From Sarea resinae (Eukaryota), in assembly GCA_026026165.1 (NCBI GenBank), contig JAPEUD010000039.1:62001-126000 (forward strand): a stretch of DNA of 64,000 bases, written 5' to 3'. The position numbers and the translations under genes are program-made. How positions within the stretch are numbered: the first letter of the stretch is position 1; every line of letters starts with the position of its first letter. Shown here one piece after another: positions 48,214 through 60,700 of this stretch. The notes below the pieces were generated by a model. It worked only from the letters and a program-made list of their open reading frames with translations, was not told the DNA's origin and ran no database searches.

Positions 48214-49408
48214 TCAAAGCTTGCCCGCCCTTCTCAACCCCTCATAGAGCGCCCATGCCCCCAAGGCCTTCCCATCCCGTCCGCCCACCCGCCACAGTTC
48301 CTCCAGCCTACAGAGCCTCAACGTGATCTTCTCGCCCTCGTCCCTTAGGCCCGTGAGCTTGCCGCCCCATTCGGCCAGCTGGCGGCGCGGGATCCGCTTC
48401 TGATGCAAGAAGACGGGGATGAATTCGTCGGAGCCGCCAGGGGACGGGTAGATGGCTTGTTGGAGCTTCTCTTGTGCTTCTGTGGCGGCATCCTCGCTGC
48501 CAACGCTGTCACTGGGTCCGTCGTGCGAACCGGGCCCGCGGCCCGAGTTGGAGTTCGGGACGGGGTCGACAAGCGGCGAGAGAGCTAGTTCGGTCAGGTT
48601 GATGAGGTCTGATGATGGAATCTCCAGTCCTGTCTCTTCTTGTATCTCTCGCGCCGCCGCGCCCGCGAACGTGCCGCTGTCGTCTATCATGCCGGCCGGG
48701 AGCTCGGGAAAGGAGAGCGAGCCCGCTGGGATGCGCGGCTGGAGGGTCAGGAGGACATGTTTGTCGTCTTCGCAGCGCAGGGCTACGTCGTCGGGTTGGA
48801 GAATTATCTGTTTTACTCGTTGTCAAAAAGGTTGCTTTCTTCGAGGCTGGACGGATATTTCGCAGCTATAGTTTGAGCTGTACATGGGTAGTATATAACA
48901 AAAGATGGGGCTGCAGAGATTGGAAGATCTAACATACCATCAGCCCAACACTACCGCCTCTCAGGAATACACTTCCTGGAAGGCCCTCTCCCTTGTCGTT
49001 CTTGACCTCGCATCTCAATTTCACGAACCCGACTCTCTCCCCACCGCCGAAGAAATCAACGGCCTGCACCTCGATGCTTTTGAGCTTGTAAGGGGTGGTG
49101 TGGAAGGGGTGAGAGGTGTTCGTGTGCTGGAGCGAGAGAGAATGCTGCAGGGTCGCGATCCAATTCTTAAACGCCGGAAACGAGAGGAGTTGGGATTGCG
49201 AGAGTGTAGAAGGAGGGAGAGTTATGGGTATTGGCGGGCTGGAGTGGGGCAAGTCGAATGTCGTGGTGGACATTTTGGAAGCTGTGGTTGCGAAGAAGCG
49301 GGACGTGCTGGATCTTTTGCAGATGGGTATGGATCTGAAATTGTAGAGTGGAAGTTGGCGAATGGGAACGGAGATGCGGTGGCTGCGAAACGCGGAGCAG
49401 GAGAACAT
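48214..49408 (-). CDS. Nudix hydrolase (NUDT14/ADP-sugar pyrophosphatase-like)
   Basis: Two exons (intron ~48935-48809). VQAVDFFG..RVGFVKL, LPGSVFLRGGSV, Nudix box ELPAGMIDDSGTFAGAAAREIQEETGL, YPSPGGSDE and TGLRDEGEKITL. Confidence 0.88.
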
Positions 49409-49987
49409 CTAGGAGGGAGTTGAGCGCAGAGATAATACACTGATGCTACGGATGGATGCGATGGCCGGGTGCATGAATGGCAATGGCATAGAAGAGAGAG
49501 AATGGGAATGTGGATGATATGTCATTATGATCCGTGGTGTTGAACCGTTGGAGCTTCGGGATGACGTATAGTCGCGTCCGTCATAGATCTCGCTAATCTC
49601 TATCGCTATCTTCATCGTCCCGAGCAAGAGGTAAACATTCAAACGAAATCGTGGAAGCTGATTGCGGGTATAAGTAAATCCTCAAATCCTCAGATCCTCA
49701 GTCAGTCTTACATATAGCCCATGCCGATATGCAATTGCGGCATGAAACTGGGTCGATCGCAATTCTATGCCCCTTCGTTTTTCATAGTTCATTCACTGCC
49801 AATAATTGCACAACATTCTGGCCGGCCGCACCTCAAGGCTGGTGCGTCACAACCCTTATAGAGTCCCCACGGCGTCACACCCGCGAAGTTTGCGACTAAC
49901 CACTTAATTTGAAATGAGTGCTTTGTTGACTGTTTGCCCAGTCTCCTCTCTTACTTGAAGCCAAAGTCACGTATTCGTTACAATAAG

Positions 49988-50015
49988 TGAGACGTTCAAC
50001 GATCTTTGCAGAAAC
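49988..50015 (+). repeat. Single copy of the dispersed ~29-bp motif
   Basis: TGAGACGTTCAACGATCTTTGCAGAAAC. Confidence 0.75.
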
Positions 50016-50325
50016 CCGCCACCCGGGTCTTGCCGTACCCGGAACCAATCACAGATCGTGAAGGTGACAATGGATACAAGATATCATACAAGACAGAGGA
50101 CGATAAAACCTAAATTTCCTCGGTATATGGTGACTCCGTACGTCGAGGCTTTAATCTACAAGTTATGTATGCTGCGCTCCAAAAATCCAGACACCGCTCA
50201 ATAGCAATCGCTAAGCAAACCGTCTTGTTTATACTCTTCCAGTTCTGAAACTAATCCCATTGAGCTCCATTGCCCCTCGAAATTGTCAACAAGACAAGAT
50301 GAAAGCAGCAGAGGATAGGAAGCCA

Positions 50326-51707
50326 TCACAGTTCAATGACAACCTTCCCTACCCTCTCGCCCCGCTCGTCAACCGTAGCTGCTGCAAGTTCGAGTGCGTT
50401 TCCGACTTCAGCTAGGCCATGGAATCGATGCGTGACCATCTGATCCAGAGCCGGTAAGACACCAGCACTTAGTATTTTGATGCCAGTCGCATAGGTATTG
50501 GCGTAACGAAAGATTCCGAGGATGTCGACTTCTCGGAGATGCGCAGCTGATAGGGGAAGAGTCTGAATTGGCGTCCCCATGCCGACCATTACAAGCTTGC
50601 CGCCAGGTCGGGTAGTCTGCGCGAGGGTTAGTCAATGGAATAGACACAGAATAGGCGGCGAGATGAAGCTAGGAAGGGCATCAGGGGGTTGCTTGATAGC
50701 AGCGGAGGAAAAGCTTACGTATAAGCCAGCCTGCATGCAAACTTCTTTACCAGTGCAGTCGAAAGTCACGTCGGCACCCTCAACGTCAGGTTCGTTTTCC
50801 GATGCTATTTCGTTGATCTCGCTGGCTAATTCCTTGGCAGCATCTAGCTTTTCGGAGATCTCGCTGTCAAGCTTGGTACGCGGCACAATATAACCTTTGG
50901 TTGCGAACCCGTGCCGAAGTGCGTACTGAACACGGCCGGCGTCAATGTCAGCGATGAGCACCGTGGTTGCTCCGCAAAGTTTGGCCATGGCAGCGACCAC
51001 GAGACCAATGGTGCCAGCGCCGAAAACAACGGCAGTGTCGCCCTGCTCGATCGATGCTCTTCGAGTGGAATGAATGGCAACCGACAGAGGTTCTAGCAGG
51101 GAGGCTGCGTCAAAGGATACGCGGGAAGGTATCCTAGTCATTCGTAAGCCACGATATGAGCCACAATCAGAAAGAACTTACTTGTGACACCATTTCGCCG
51201 GGTGATTGATCCTCTCCTGCAGGGTTCCTTGGTAGTGAGGAACTGACTTGGCACTACTTCGGAATCTCATCTTCGAGCAAAGGTTGTATCGACCCCGTTG
51301 GCAGACCCTGCAATTATCACAGGGCACCCCCACCTCCAAAGCCACCCTCTCACCGAGCTGGAAGCCCGTCACGGCAGTGCCAATTGCAATGACGACACCA
51401 GCAGACTCGTGACCCAGTGAGAGAGGTGCGACTGCTTGAAGATCGCCGTTCCGGAAGTTCTTGTAGTATGCACAGTCAGAACCACAAATGCCGGTTGATT
51501 TGATGGCAATTTGGAGTTCATATGGTGCAGGCTCTCCTATGGTTCGAGTTTCCTAACGCTTCGTTAGAGAGCAGAAAATCCCGATGGTCAGGATCATCAT
51601 ACAAGCCGTATGTCTCGCGGCCCATGGAGCACAGAAGCTAGGATGGATGAGCTTTTGGCATATGTAGGAGGCAGAGTCTGGATATCAGAGAGGGCAGCGG
51701 GAGCCAT
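50326..51707 (-). CDS. Zinc-dependent polyol dehydrogenase (sorbitol/xylitol dehydrogenase family, MDR)
   Basis: Four exons from ATG 51707 (MAPAALSD...SVLHGPRDIRL). GICGSD, LGHESAG, structural Zn site C-x2-C-x2-C-x7-C, LLEPLSVA, GAGTIG and FRYANTY. Confidence 0.92.
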
Positions 51708-54700
51708 GATCGCTGTTTGGTTGGTAGACAGTTGATGAGTAGCAATCGACGCTCAGACAGAGGCCCCCAAAGCAGGGACGAAGAGTCCTTATAGATGCCA
51801 GAGCTTGGTACCTGAGAGGCCATTGCTGTTGATCGGGGTGAGGCATGCTGTTGGCCGATAACGTTCCGACACAGACGGCCGACGACGCCCACACGGTAGC
51901 CCTTGTCCTCGTCCAGATTCCTATCTTTACATCTGAGGATACAGATCCCTACTCTACTCCACCAGCTCTCTAGGTCAGGGAAGGTAAGGTGTTCAGGTAT
52001 CCATGGATGCAGGACATCCGAACAATTATACATATCACTGCGTCGAGCAAGGAGGCTGTTGCTGTACTCTGATCTGCTTGCAGTAGTATCGCCCTGACTT
52101 CACGTCATGCTCGCACCGTCAGCTGCACGAATGCTGCAATGGTGTCGCAAACGAGCCCGTGCAGACGGCACGCCGTGAACGTGCAGCTTTCCGTCAAGTG
52201 CGTAGGCTAGAGGACGAAGGACCCATGCGCTCTCGCCCATGATTCGCACTTGAAGCATATGCGGCGGGGACCCCTAATTACCGGGTCATTGCCGCGGCCG
52301 GAAACTCGCGTAGCAGTTTCTTTTTCCCGAGCGTGGCTTATCCCATCTAGACACGCCTCTTTGCCCCTGTCCGCTCATTCCGCTCTCTGAGAGGATGATG
52401 CCCAATCGCGATCTCCATCTCATCCTACTCCCCGGTGGAGCTATTGACCCCATCAGGCCCATGCGTGGCCCGTTGGATGCATTTCAAGGAGGGTGAATCG
52501 GAGCGGATTCACCAGGACTTGAAGATGATCGGACTCCCTTTTCGCAAACTGCGAATGCTGTAATGCTGCTGCAGATGATGTGGATCGCATGCTGCAGATG
52601 GCGTCCGGAGCAAACCTGCAGTCACTTCGTGCTGGTATGCATGGCCGCTGATAAGGTCCCCTTGAGAAAACGCTGGAATATGTGACTGCATACTGGCTCG
52701 TCAAAGTATTCTAGTCTAGTCTCTAGGACGAGACACACGAGCTAAATCAGTAGTTTGATTGCTCGTTGGAAATCATTTGTACCGTCAGCTCTGTTGTGGG
52801 GATCGGGAGCTACAGCGCTTGGTCGTTCTCCTTGGGGAACTTCTACTGCAGTCAATCATTAGGATTGATGGATGAGTTCACCCTTGGATCATCGTTCAAG
52901 GCTGTGAAGATGTTGCAGCAAGGTCGGGCCAGAGTCTCAAGAGTCCGAATATTGGCCACATCTCGGAAGCGACGAAGGCGGCCATCTTGCAGGACGTCCA
53001 CTCGATCGACAGGCCTGCTGCGACAAGGTCGACCACAGCAGATCCCTGATCTCAGGCTCGCCTTTTCAAGAACTCCGGCAGGTTTAGCCCCACCTCTTCT
53101 TATCAAGATCCCTTCCTCTCCACGAGTGCGACCTGCTGAACGGACAGTGATCAAAGGCCAGGGGACGGATCCGTGAATTCGTTCGTTCTATGATCATCTT
53201 ATGCCGCTAAGAGCTCGGCGAGACTGATCGACATTGCTCTCCCTCATTTCAATTGCCACACCGATGCACCATTTATCCGACACCTCGCATCATCGCTTTG
53301 GGGTAGAAACAACTGTGGCACAACAATGCTTTTACGTAGGCCACCGTCTAATCAAAGAGAGGGGAGATAACCACGCATCATGTAAGGACTCTCAAGGCAC
53401 TCACAGCAACATCATCATCCGATTACTACAGCCAACGCGCATTGCCACCAGGGCACTTGGTAGTATTGCAGTGCCGCCACCATATTGTTTATCGAACATG
53501 AAGCATTGAGCATCCACGTCATCCGCCTCGAGGATGGAAATCGTTGAAGATGAATGGCAGATGTACCAGATATTCGGCTCGGTCTGTGCCATGCCCATAA
53601 GCAAGCTCGAGCTCGAGCTCAAGGTTCCGCAGTTTTCGTACCCCGGAGTACTCTATTTCCTCAGTGCAGGCGGTGTGCGACGCGGCCGTCTTGGCCGTGC
53701 GCCTTGAACCTCGTCCCGTCTCACCCATCTGCATCTTTGCGCGATGAACACGGAGATTGACACACCGAGCTTCGGCCATGGGGAGCTGCGGGTCTTGCAG
53801 TAAACATGAAGTTGGAAATCTTTAGACTTCTGTCTGCTTGGAATAGTGGCCTTGTCGAAGATGCAAAATGCCGAGCGTCCGCTGAAACCCTTTGAAATTT
53901 GTTACTTCGAATTTTATCATCAGTCACCTGACAATAAGATTGAGTAGCGCCAGCACATCTTTGAAAAGGACTCAATGGAGATTTAAACTGGGAAGACGAA
54001 GCTTCTGAATGCGTTGGGGGTAATTTTAAGCAGCTTGTCGCATTTTTGTTACGAGCTGTATTTATTAACTCTACGGACTACTCAGGTAGCAAATCTAACC
54101 CAATGAGTATGTTAGGATTAACCGAAGATAAAGGATATAAAAGCTAATGGAAATAATCATCAATATTCCAGAGACTACCTTCCTTGGTACTATCATTGTT
54201 GATATTGTGATTATTAGCTAGAGAGAAAGGTAAATAGCAGCCACAAACAAAGAAGGCACGACTCAACCTGCAAAGCTCGTCGTTCAAGCGAGACGACTGA
54301 GCGAGGCGGAAAGGTTGACAGCTGGAGCCTGGAATTTACCGGAGTACTTCGTCGATGTACCCCTCTTCACTCAGGCTGCTCCTTCCAGTTGTTGCAGCGC
54401 CAAGACTTTCGCATCGCATCATGAACTCAATCAATACCTCTACCTAAAGACCGAATAGACGACCGAATCCATCAAATCCTCACTTGATCACCTCTCAGCT
54501 GCAGAATCTCCAGCAGTCTTCGGTTCACTCCCACCTGTGTGAAAGCTCTTCTCTGTTGTTCTGACAAAGTTCCTACCGCGTTGGCGATTGACTCTGCTCG
54601 TCGCTTGGTACATTTATACAAAACACCTTCATGATAGCTGAAAAACAAAGTGCATCGGCATCTACACATGCTCGACTCACTCCGCTTCTCCGACCATTCT

Positions 54701-54741
54701 TAGCATAACAAGCCTCTCTTGGCTTGGGGACGGAAGGCGAG

Positions 54742-57700
54742 ATGGGCAGTGGAAAGAGGAAGCGGTCAGAGAGGACCTATTCTCAAGATGGAAATGAAGG
54801 CTCACGGCCCTCCCCGCATCGGCCGGGCAATTTGAATCTTGCTCAGCAGAATCAAGCGCGTGAGCAACAGCATCAGCAACACCAGCAATATCAGGATTAT
54901 CGTGGAAGAGGAGGCAGGCGAGGGAGCCGTGGTGGACGAGGTGGTGCAGGGTCATCACCGAGGAGTCCTCAGGTGGGACCTTCTCCCGCGAGACAGAATG
55001 GACAGCCATTGACGGCCATGTCGCCAACGGCCTCCCCAACACCACAACGCGAAAATCCTAGACCACCACCGCAATCGATCACACAGACAGCGCCTCCAGC
55101 AGCATCTAGACAGCCACAACAAGCTGAGCCCAAGAAGCCTTCTACTCCTCCGCCGTATAGTTTCGAGTATGTCACTGATGAGAGGCTGGGTGTGTGGAGG
55201 ACGACAGGACGACAGACTGTGATAGATATTGGTTTACAGGCTCGTGCAGAAGGGGAGGCGTTGACGCTTGGTTCCTTGTTCCAGGAGTTGATAAAATCTA
55301 GTCTCTACGGAAGGATTGATGCAACGGAGGCCGGCACGACGATCAGAGATATCATTACCACTGCGCCTATGCCCGAACCCGATGCTGTCAACGGACTGCA
55401 CAAGGAACTGGATCTACAGTCACTCTTCCTCGACTGCCTCTCGATACTTGCTGAGAATGACGTTGCCGGTCCATCTCTACGCTCATTGATCCTAGCCACT
55501 CAGGTTTCCCCCGAGCTCATGAGACAAGAACTCGAGACATCTCTCCTTCAATCTTTGGGAATGATACGGAGTACGTTTGGCCGTGTGGGAATCCGAAAGC
55601 AAACCAATCTACTCTATCGACAGTCTAATTACAACCTGCTGCGAGAAGAAAGCGAAGGCTATTCGAAACTCGTCACAGAGCTATTCACCACGAGCAATAA
55701 TGAGCCTCCGACTAGCGAAGTGGTCGGAGACACGTTTGAACGAGTGAAAGCGTTGATTGGCGCGTTTGACTTGGACGTCGGCCGTGTCTTGGACGTAACT
55801 CTCGACATCTTCGCGGCTGTTCTGGTCAAGCAATTTCGATTTTTCGTCAAATTTCTGCGATCGAGCTCATGGTGGCCCAAAACGGATTTCAACGAGACTG
55901 TCAAGGCATTCGACCAAGAGTTCGGGTCTCTTCCAAAATGGGCTCTTCCTGGGTCTGCCGGCTGGTCCACTAGCGACGAAGATAAAGTCTTGTTGCTTGG
56001 GATGAGAGAGAAACGTGATCGACTCTTTTGGGAACGAGTACGCGAGGTAGGCATGGGTGCTTACTTTGAAATTGGAGGGCGGAAGTCGGCTAGCCAGGAG
56101 GAAAGAGATGCAGCTGCTGGTGGCGATGGCGAGAATGGAGCCCAGATCGATGAGGATCACCAATGGATTAAGACTACAGGAACCATCCCGCCTCAAGGAA
56201 ATCGAGTAGCCGCTCAGCTGCTTGGCTTCAAGCTACGTTTTTATGCATCATCAGCACGAGACTCACATGATGTGCTTCCCGTCAACTTGATCTATCTTGC
56301 GGCCCTTCTCATCAAGATCGGCTTCATCTCACTCCGGGATCTCTATCCTCATTTATGGCCCCTTGACGAACATATGGAGGCAGTCAAGGCCGAAAAGATG
56401 AAGGAAAAGGCGGAAAAGGAGAGGTTGAAACGTCCTGGCGGTGGAGCAAAGAATGCTCTAATGATGGCCGGTGCACTTGCGGATGACACGTTCCCTCAGC
56501 CTCCGAGGTTGCGGGAGCCTGATGCAAGCCGAGGAACGCCCTCTAGAGTAGAAACGGAGGCCGAAAAAACAGCCACAGCCGCCAAGCAAGAAGAGTCCGA
56601 AAAGTTGCCCGAACATTCCGACCAGAAAGTTCAACTACTTCGAAGTCTGCTCTGCATCGGAGCGATACCCGAATCCCTCTATATTCTTGGACGCTTTCCT
56701 TGGCTATTGGACGCTTTCCCAGATCTTCCTGCCTACATCCATCGTATCTTGCATCACAGTCTGAGCAAGGTCTACGATTCTTTACGTCCATTGGAGGAGC
56801 GTGAAACTCTTCGAAAAGCCAGGAAAGTTCCCGCCTCTGACCAGTCTGGTCTCTCAAAAGGCCAACTTCGACTCATTGATCCGCCAACTCGAAAGGTTCT
56901 TAGATGGGCCGAGCTTGACAGGGATGATACGAACGAGGCCACAGATTATCGATTCTACTGGGATGAATGGGCCGATAACGTGCCTATTTGTCAATCGGTG
57001 GATGACGTTTTTTCTCTCTGCGGAACGCTGCTCAACCTTTCGGGAGTCAAGATCGGACAAGACCCTTCGCTACTCCTCAAGTTGACACGCATCGGGAAGA
57101 AGTCCTTGGCTAGCGACGATTCGAGCGCGAATGTGGCTCGTTGGATCGACTTATCGAAGCGACTGCTTGTCCCCGCACTGAGCTTGACCACGAACAACCC
57201 GGGCGTCGTCAATGAAGTGTTCGATCTACTGAGAAACTTCTCGACGAGCACCAGATATTCCATCTATGCCGAATGGTACTCGGGCCAAATCTCCAGGCTT
57301 CCTGATATCAAAGCTGCCTTTGATCAAGCAAGAGCGGAGACAAAAGATGTGATGAAGAGAATCAGCAAGACAAATGTGAAGCCAATGGCGAGGGCTTTGG
57401 CAAAAGTTGCATACGCTTCCCCGGGAATAGTCTTTCAAGTGGCCATCTCGCAGATCGAAGCGTACGACAACCTTGTAGAGGTTGTTGTGGAATGCGCGCG
57501 CTACTTCACCTTCCTCGGCTATGACGTCCTGACTTGGTCTCTGATGAGCTCTCTTGGAGTGGAGGGCCGCTCTCGTGTCCAAGCGAACGGCATGTTGACT
57601 AGCAAATGGCTACGATCTCTATCGCTGTTTGCTGGCAGGGTTTTCAAACGCTATTCAATCATGAATCCAACACCCATACTTCAATACGTCACAGAGAAAC

Positions 57701-60700
57701 TCCGAAACGGTAGCACAGACGAACTTAGGGTTCTGAAGGAGATCACTACCGCGATGGCAGGTATAGTGGCAGATACCAATTTCAACGAGGCACAAACCAT
57801 TGCCATGGCTGGTGGAGAGCTCCTGCAATCGCAAACACTTCTGCAACTGTTGGATAAACGACATGAGTCCAAAACCACTGCGCGGCGTCTAATTCGATCT
57901 CTAACTGAGCCAAAACTTGCTGGTCAGCTTCTGATCTCCATTGCCCAAGTCCGGCAAACATGTATCTTCAGGTACCCCGAGGAAATGGCGGATCTGAAAG
58001 TCATTGGGAGTATCTTCGACGAGGTCCAACGAGTCTTTACCCAGTTTCTCGACCTACTGCGAAATAATCTCTCTGTCAAAGATTTTGACAGCTTGGTCCC
58101 GGACGTAGTTCGCCTCATCGACGAATTTGGCCTCGATCCGAGCGTTGCTTTCTGGATATCTCGGCCCAGCTTATCTCAAGCCCTGACTGAAGCAGATAAG
58201 CCTGGTACCCAATCGCTAGCGGATTCGGAGAAGAGCCAAGAATCGAGGTCAACCGACACACCTGAAGCAGATCCTACTCAGGACGTTGTCATGGAAGACT
58301 CGGTTGCGGACAGCGTGAAGCAGGAAGGAGAGACGCCCATCAACGGGTCTGATGAACCTATGATTAGCGACCAAGATATGAAAGACTCTTCACTTGTTGT
58401 GCCTAATCTGGTCAAGGCTGGAAAATCTCCAGCTGCTGAGACTCCCTGGCATCCAGTGTTGCAGTCGCTCATGGAACAAGTCCGGCCTTTGATGCCGGAA
58501 GATTTCTGGACTAACATGAGCCTCCCGTTCTATGTCACTTTTTGGCAACTTTCGACGAATGATGTGAACGTCCCAACCCAGAGCTACGAAGACGAAATCA
58601 ACCGGCTGTTCAGGAAAGAAACGGCATTGACCAGCGACCGATCCGACATGTCCGCAGCAGGATTACAGAGAAAGGAAAAGGAAAAGAAGAGCCTGAATGA
58701 CATGCAGGTTCGCTTGCGTACGGAGTTGAAAGGGCAGATACAAGCCTACTCTATGGCCAGGAATCGGTTACAGAAAGAAAAGGACCACTGGTTTGCCGAC
58801 TTCTGGGGCAAATGGGATCACCTGAACGATGCTCTCATCCAAAATTGCTTCTTGCCCCGGCTGCTCATTTCTTCATCTGACGTTCTTTACACTGTCAGAA
58901 TGATCAAATACCTGCATTCAAGTGGGACGCCCAACTTCAGAACAATGGGAGTCATTGACCGTATCTTTCGAGAAAAGCAACTGGCTGCGATTATATTCAT
59001 CTGCACAAGCCAGGAAGCAGAGAACTTTGGCCGCTTTCTGAATGAATTGTTAAAAGATCTCAGTCGCTGGCACGCGGACCAGCCTCTGTATGAAAAGGAG
59101 GCTTTTGGGTTGAAGAAAGACCTGCCGGGATACGCGAAGAAGATGAACGCCGAAACCGGTCCGGAGACGTTCCTCGACTACGAGGAATTTCGCCGGTTAC
59201 TCTACAAATGGCACAGAAACCTCAACAGTGCTCTGAAGTCTTGCTTCGTGAGTGGCGAATACATGCATATTCGTAACGCCATTATCGTTTTAAAGGCAGT
59301 CTGTCAATACTTCCCGGCTGTCAACTGGAATGGTCGAGATCAAGTTACAGCGGTTACGCAAATCAGCAAGGTGGAGCAGCGAGACGATCTCAAGATTGCC
59401 GCGCTGTCGTTACTGGGCAACCTGAAGAGGCGCGAGAAGCAGTGGATGTTACCTCAGGCTTTCAATCTGGTGAGTCTGATTGTCTTTTTTTGCTGCCCAC
59501 AATACTGATGAAATCCAGATTGAGCCGAGTGCTGGTGCAGCTGCCAGCCGAGCTAGTTCTGCAAGACCGGCAACACCACAGACCGACCCCGGAGCGGCAA
59601 AGTCCCTGAATGCGGCTGCTTCCGAGTTCAAGCCAAAGCCTCAATCGAAGTGAGTCAGAGCTGCACGACTGCTGAATCGGACGATCTAATATCAATCTAG
59701 TGTCAATGGAAATGGCAAAGGACGAACCACTTCGGATAGAATGGAAGTCGAGGATGGCGAGGTTGAGGATGCAAAAATGTCAGATTTTACCGATGGTCCC
59801 ACGAAGAGTTCCGACGTTCCGGCTCCAGGAGCCCATGAACTTCAAGACACGGAACAGCCGGTACAATTGAAGCCAGTCGCTGCCTCCGATCCTATCCTCC
59901 AAAGTGAGCCTGCGGAGAAGAAGCCTTCCGATCCCGCCCCTATATCTACTCCTGCCGTCTCAGAGTATCGTACAGTCACGCCGAAGCCAAGCCAACAGGA
60001 TCGCCAGAAACCAGGACAATTAGAAAGTCAGAGGTCAACTCCATCAACCACCCCATCTAACCAAAACCCGCCATCCGTATCAGAACCGGATAGGATGCTT
60101 GAGGCCAACGGGGGACCTGGCCGACCACAGCATGCATTGCCCAATCGTCCTGAACCTCCAAACCCTTACAATCGACGGATGGCTCCCGAACGTGTAGGAC
60201 CCCCTGAACGTGTAGGAGACCGGCGAGATGGAAGAGACCAGCGGTATGCGGAGCACAATAGGCCGGATAGGCCCGGTGATTTACCAAGAGACTTCCCGCA
60301 TGATCGTCGGTCACCAACGCCTTCTCGACGAGCTTTAGATCGTCTACCGGATCGCCCAGCCAATGGGGAACGCGATCGAAGAGAACCTGCTCGTGGTGGC
60401 GACAGAGAGATGCACCTCCATCTTGCCGCAGAGGATAGGTATGGAAGATCACCGGCTCGAGACTCCCGTCCCGGGTCTAGAGAAGGAGAATGGCATGACC
60501 GAATAGGTCGTGATCGACCGGGCCCGCCAGATTTAAGAACCCAGGACTATGACCGCCCAGCTCGAGACTCTGTCATGGGGCCCCCTCGTTCTGCGATTGC
60601 GCATCATCCTGACCGGGCGGCTTTGATCAACGGACCGCAGCATCCAGATCGTCAGGCACTAATCTCCGGCTCACAACATCCTGACCGGCTGATCCCCAAT

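Noticed and set aside
54724..54741. THO2 start at 54724
   Set aside because: It is a TTG codon. ATG 54742 (MGSGKRKR) is the plausible start.
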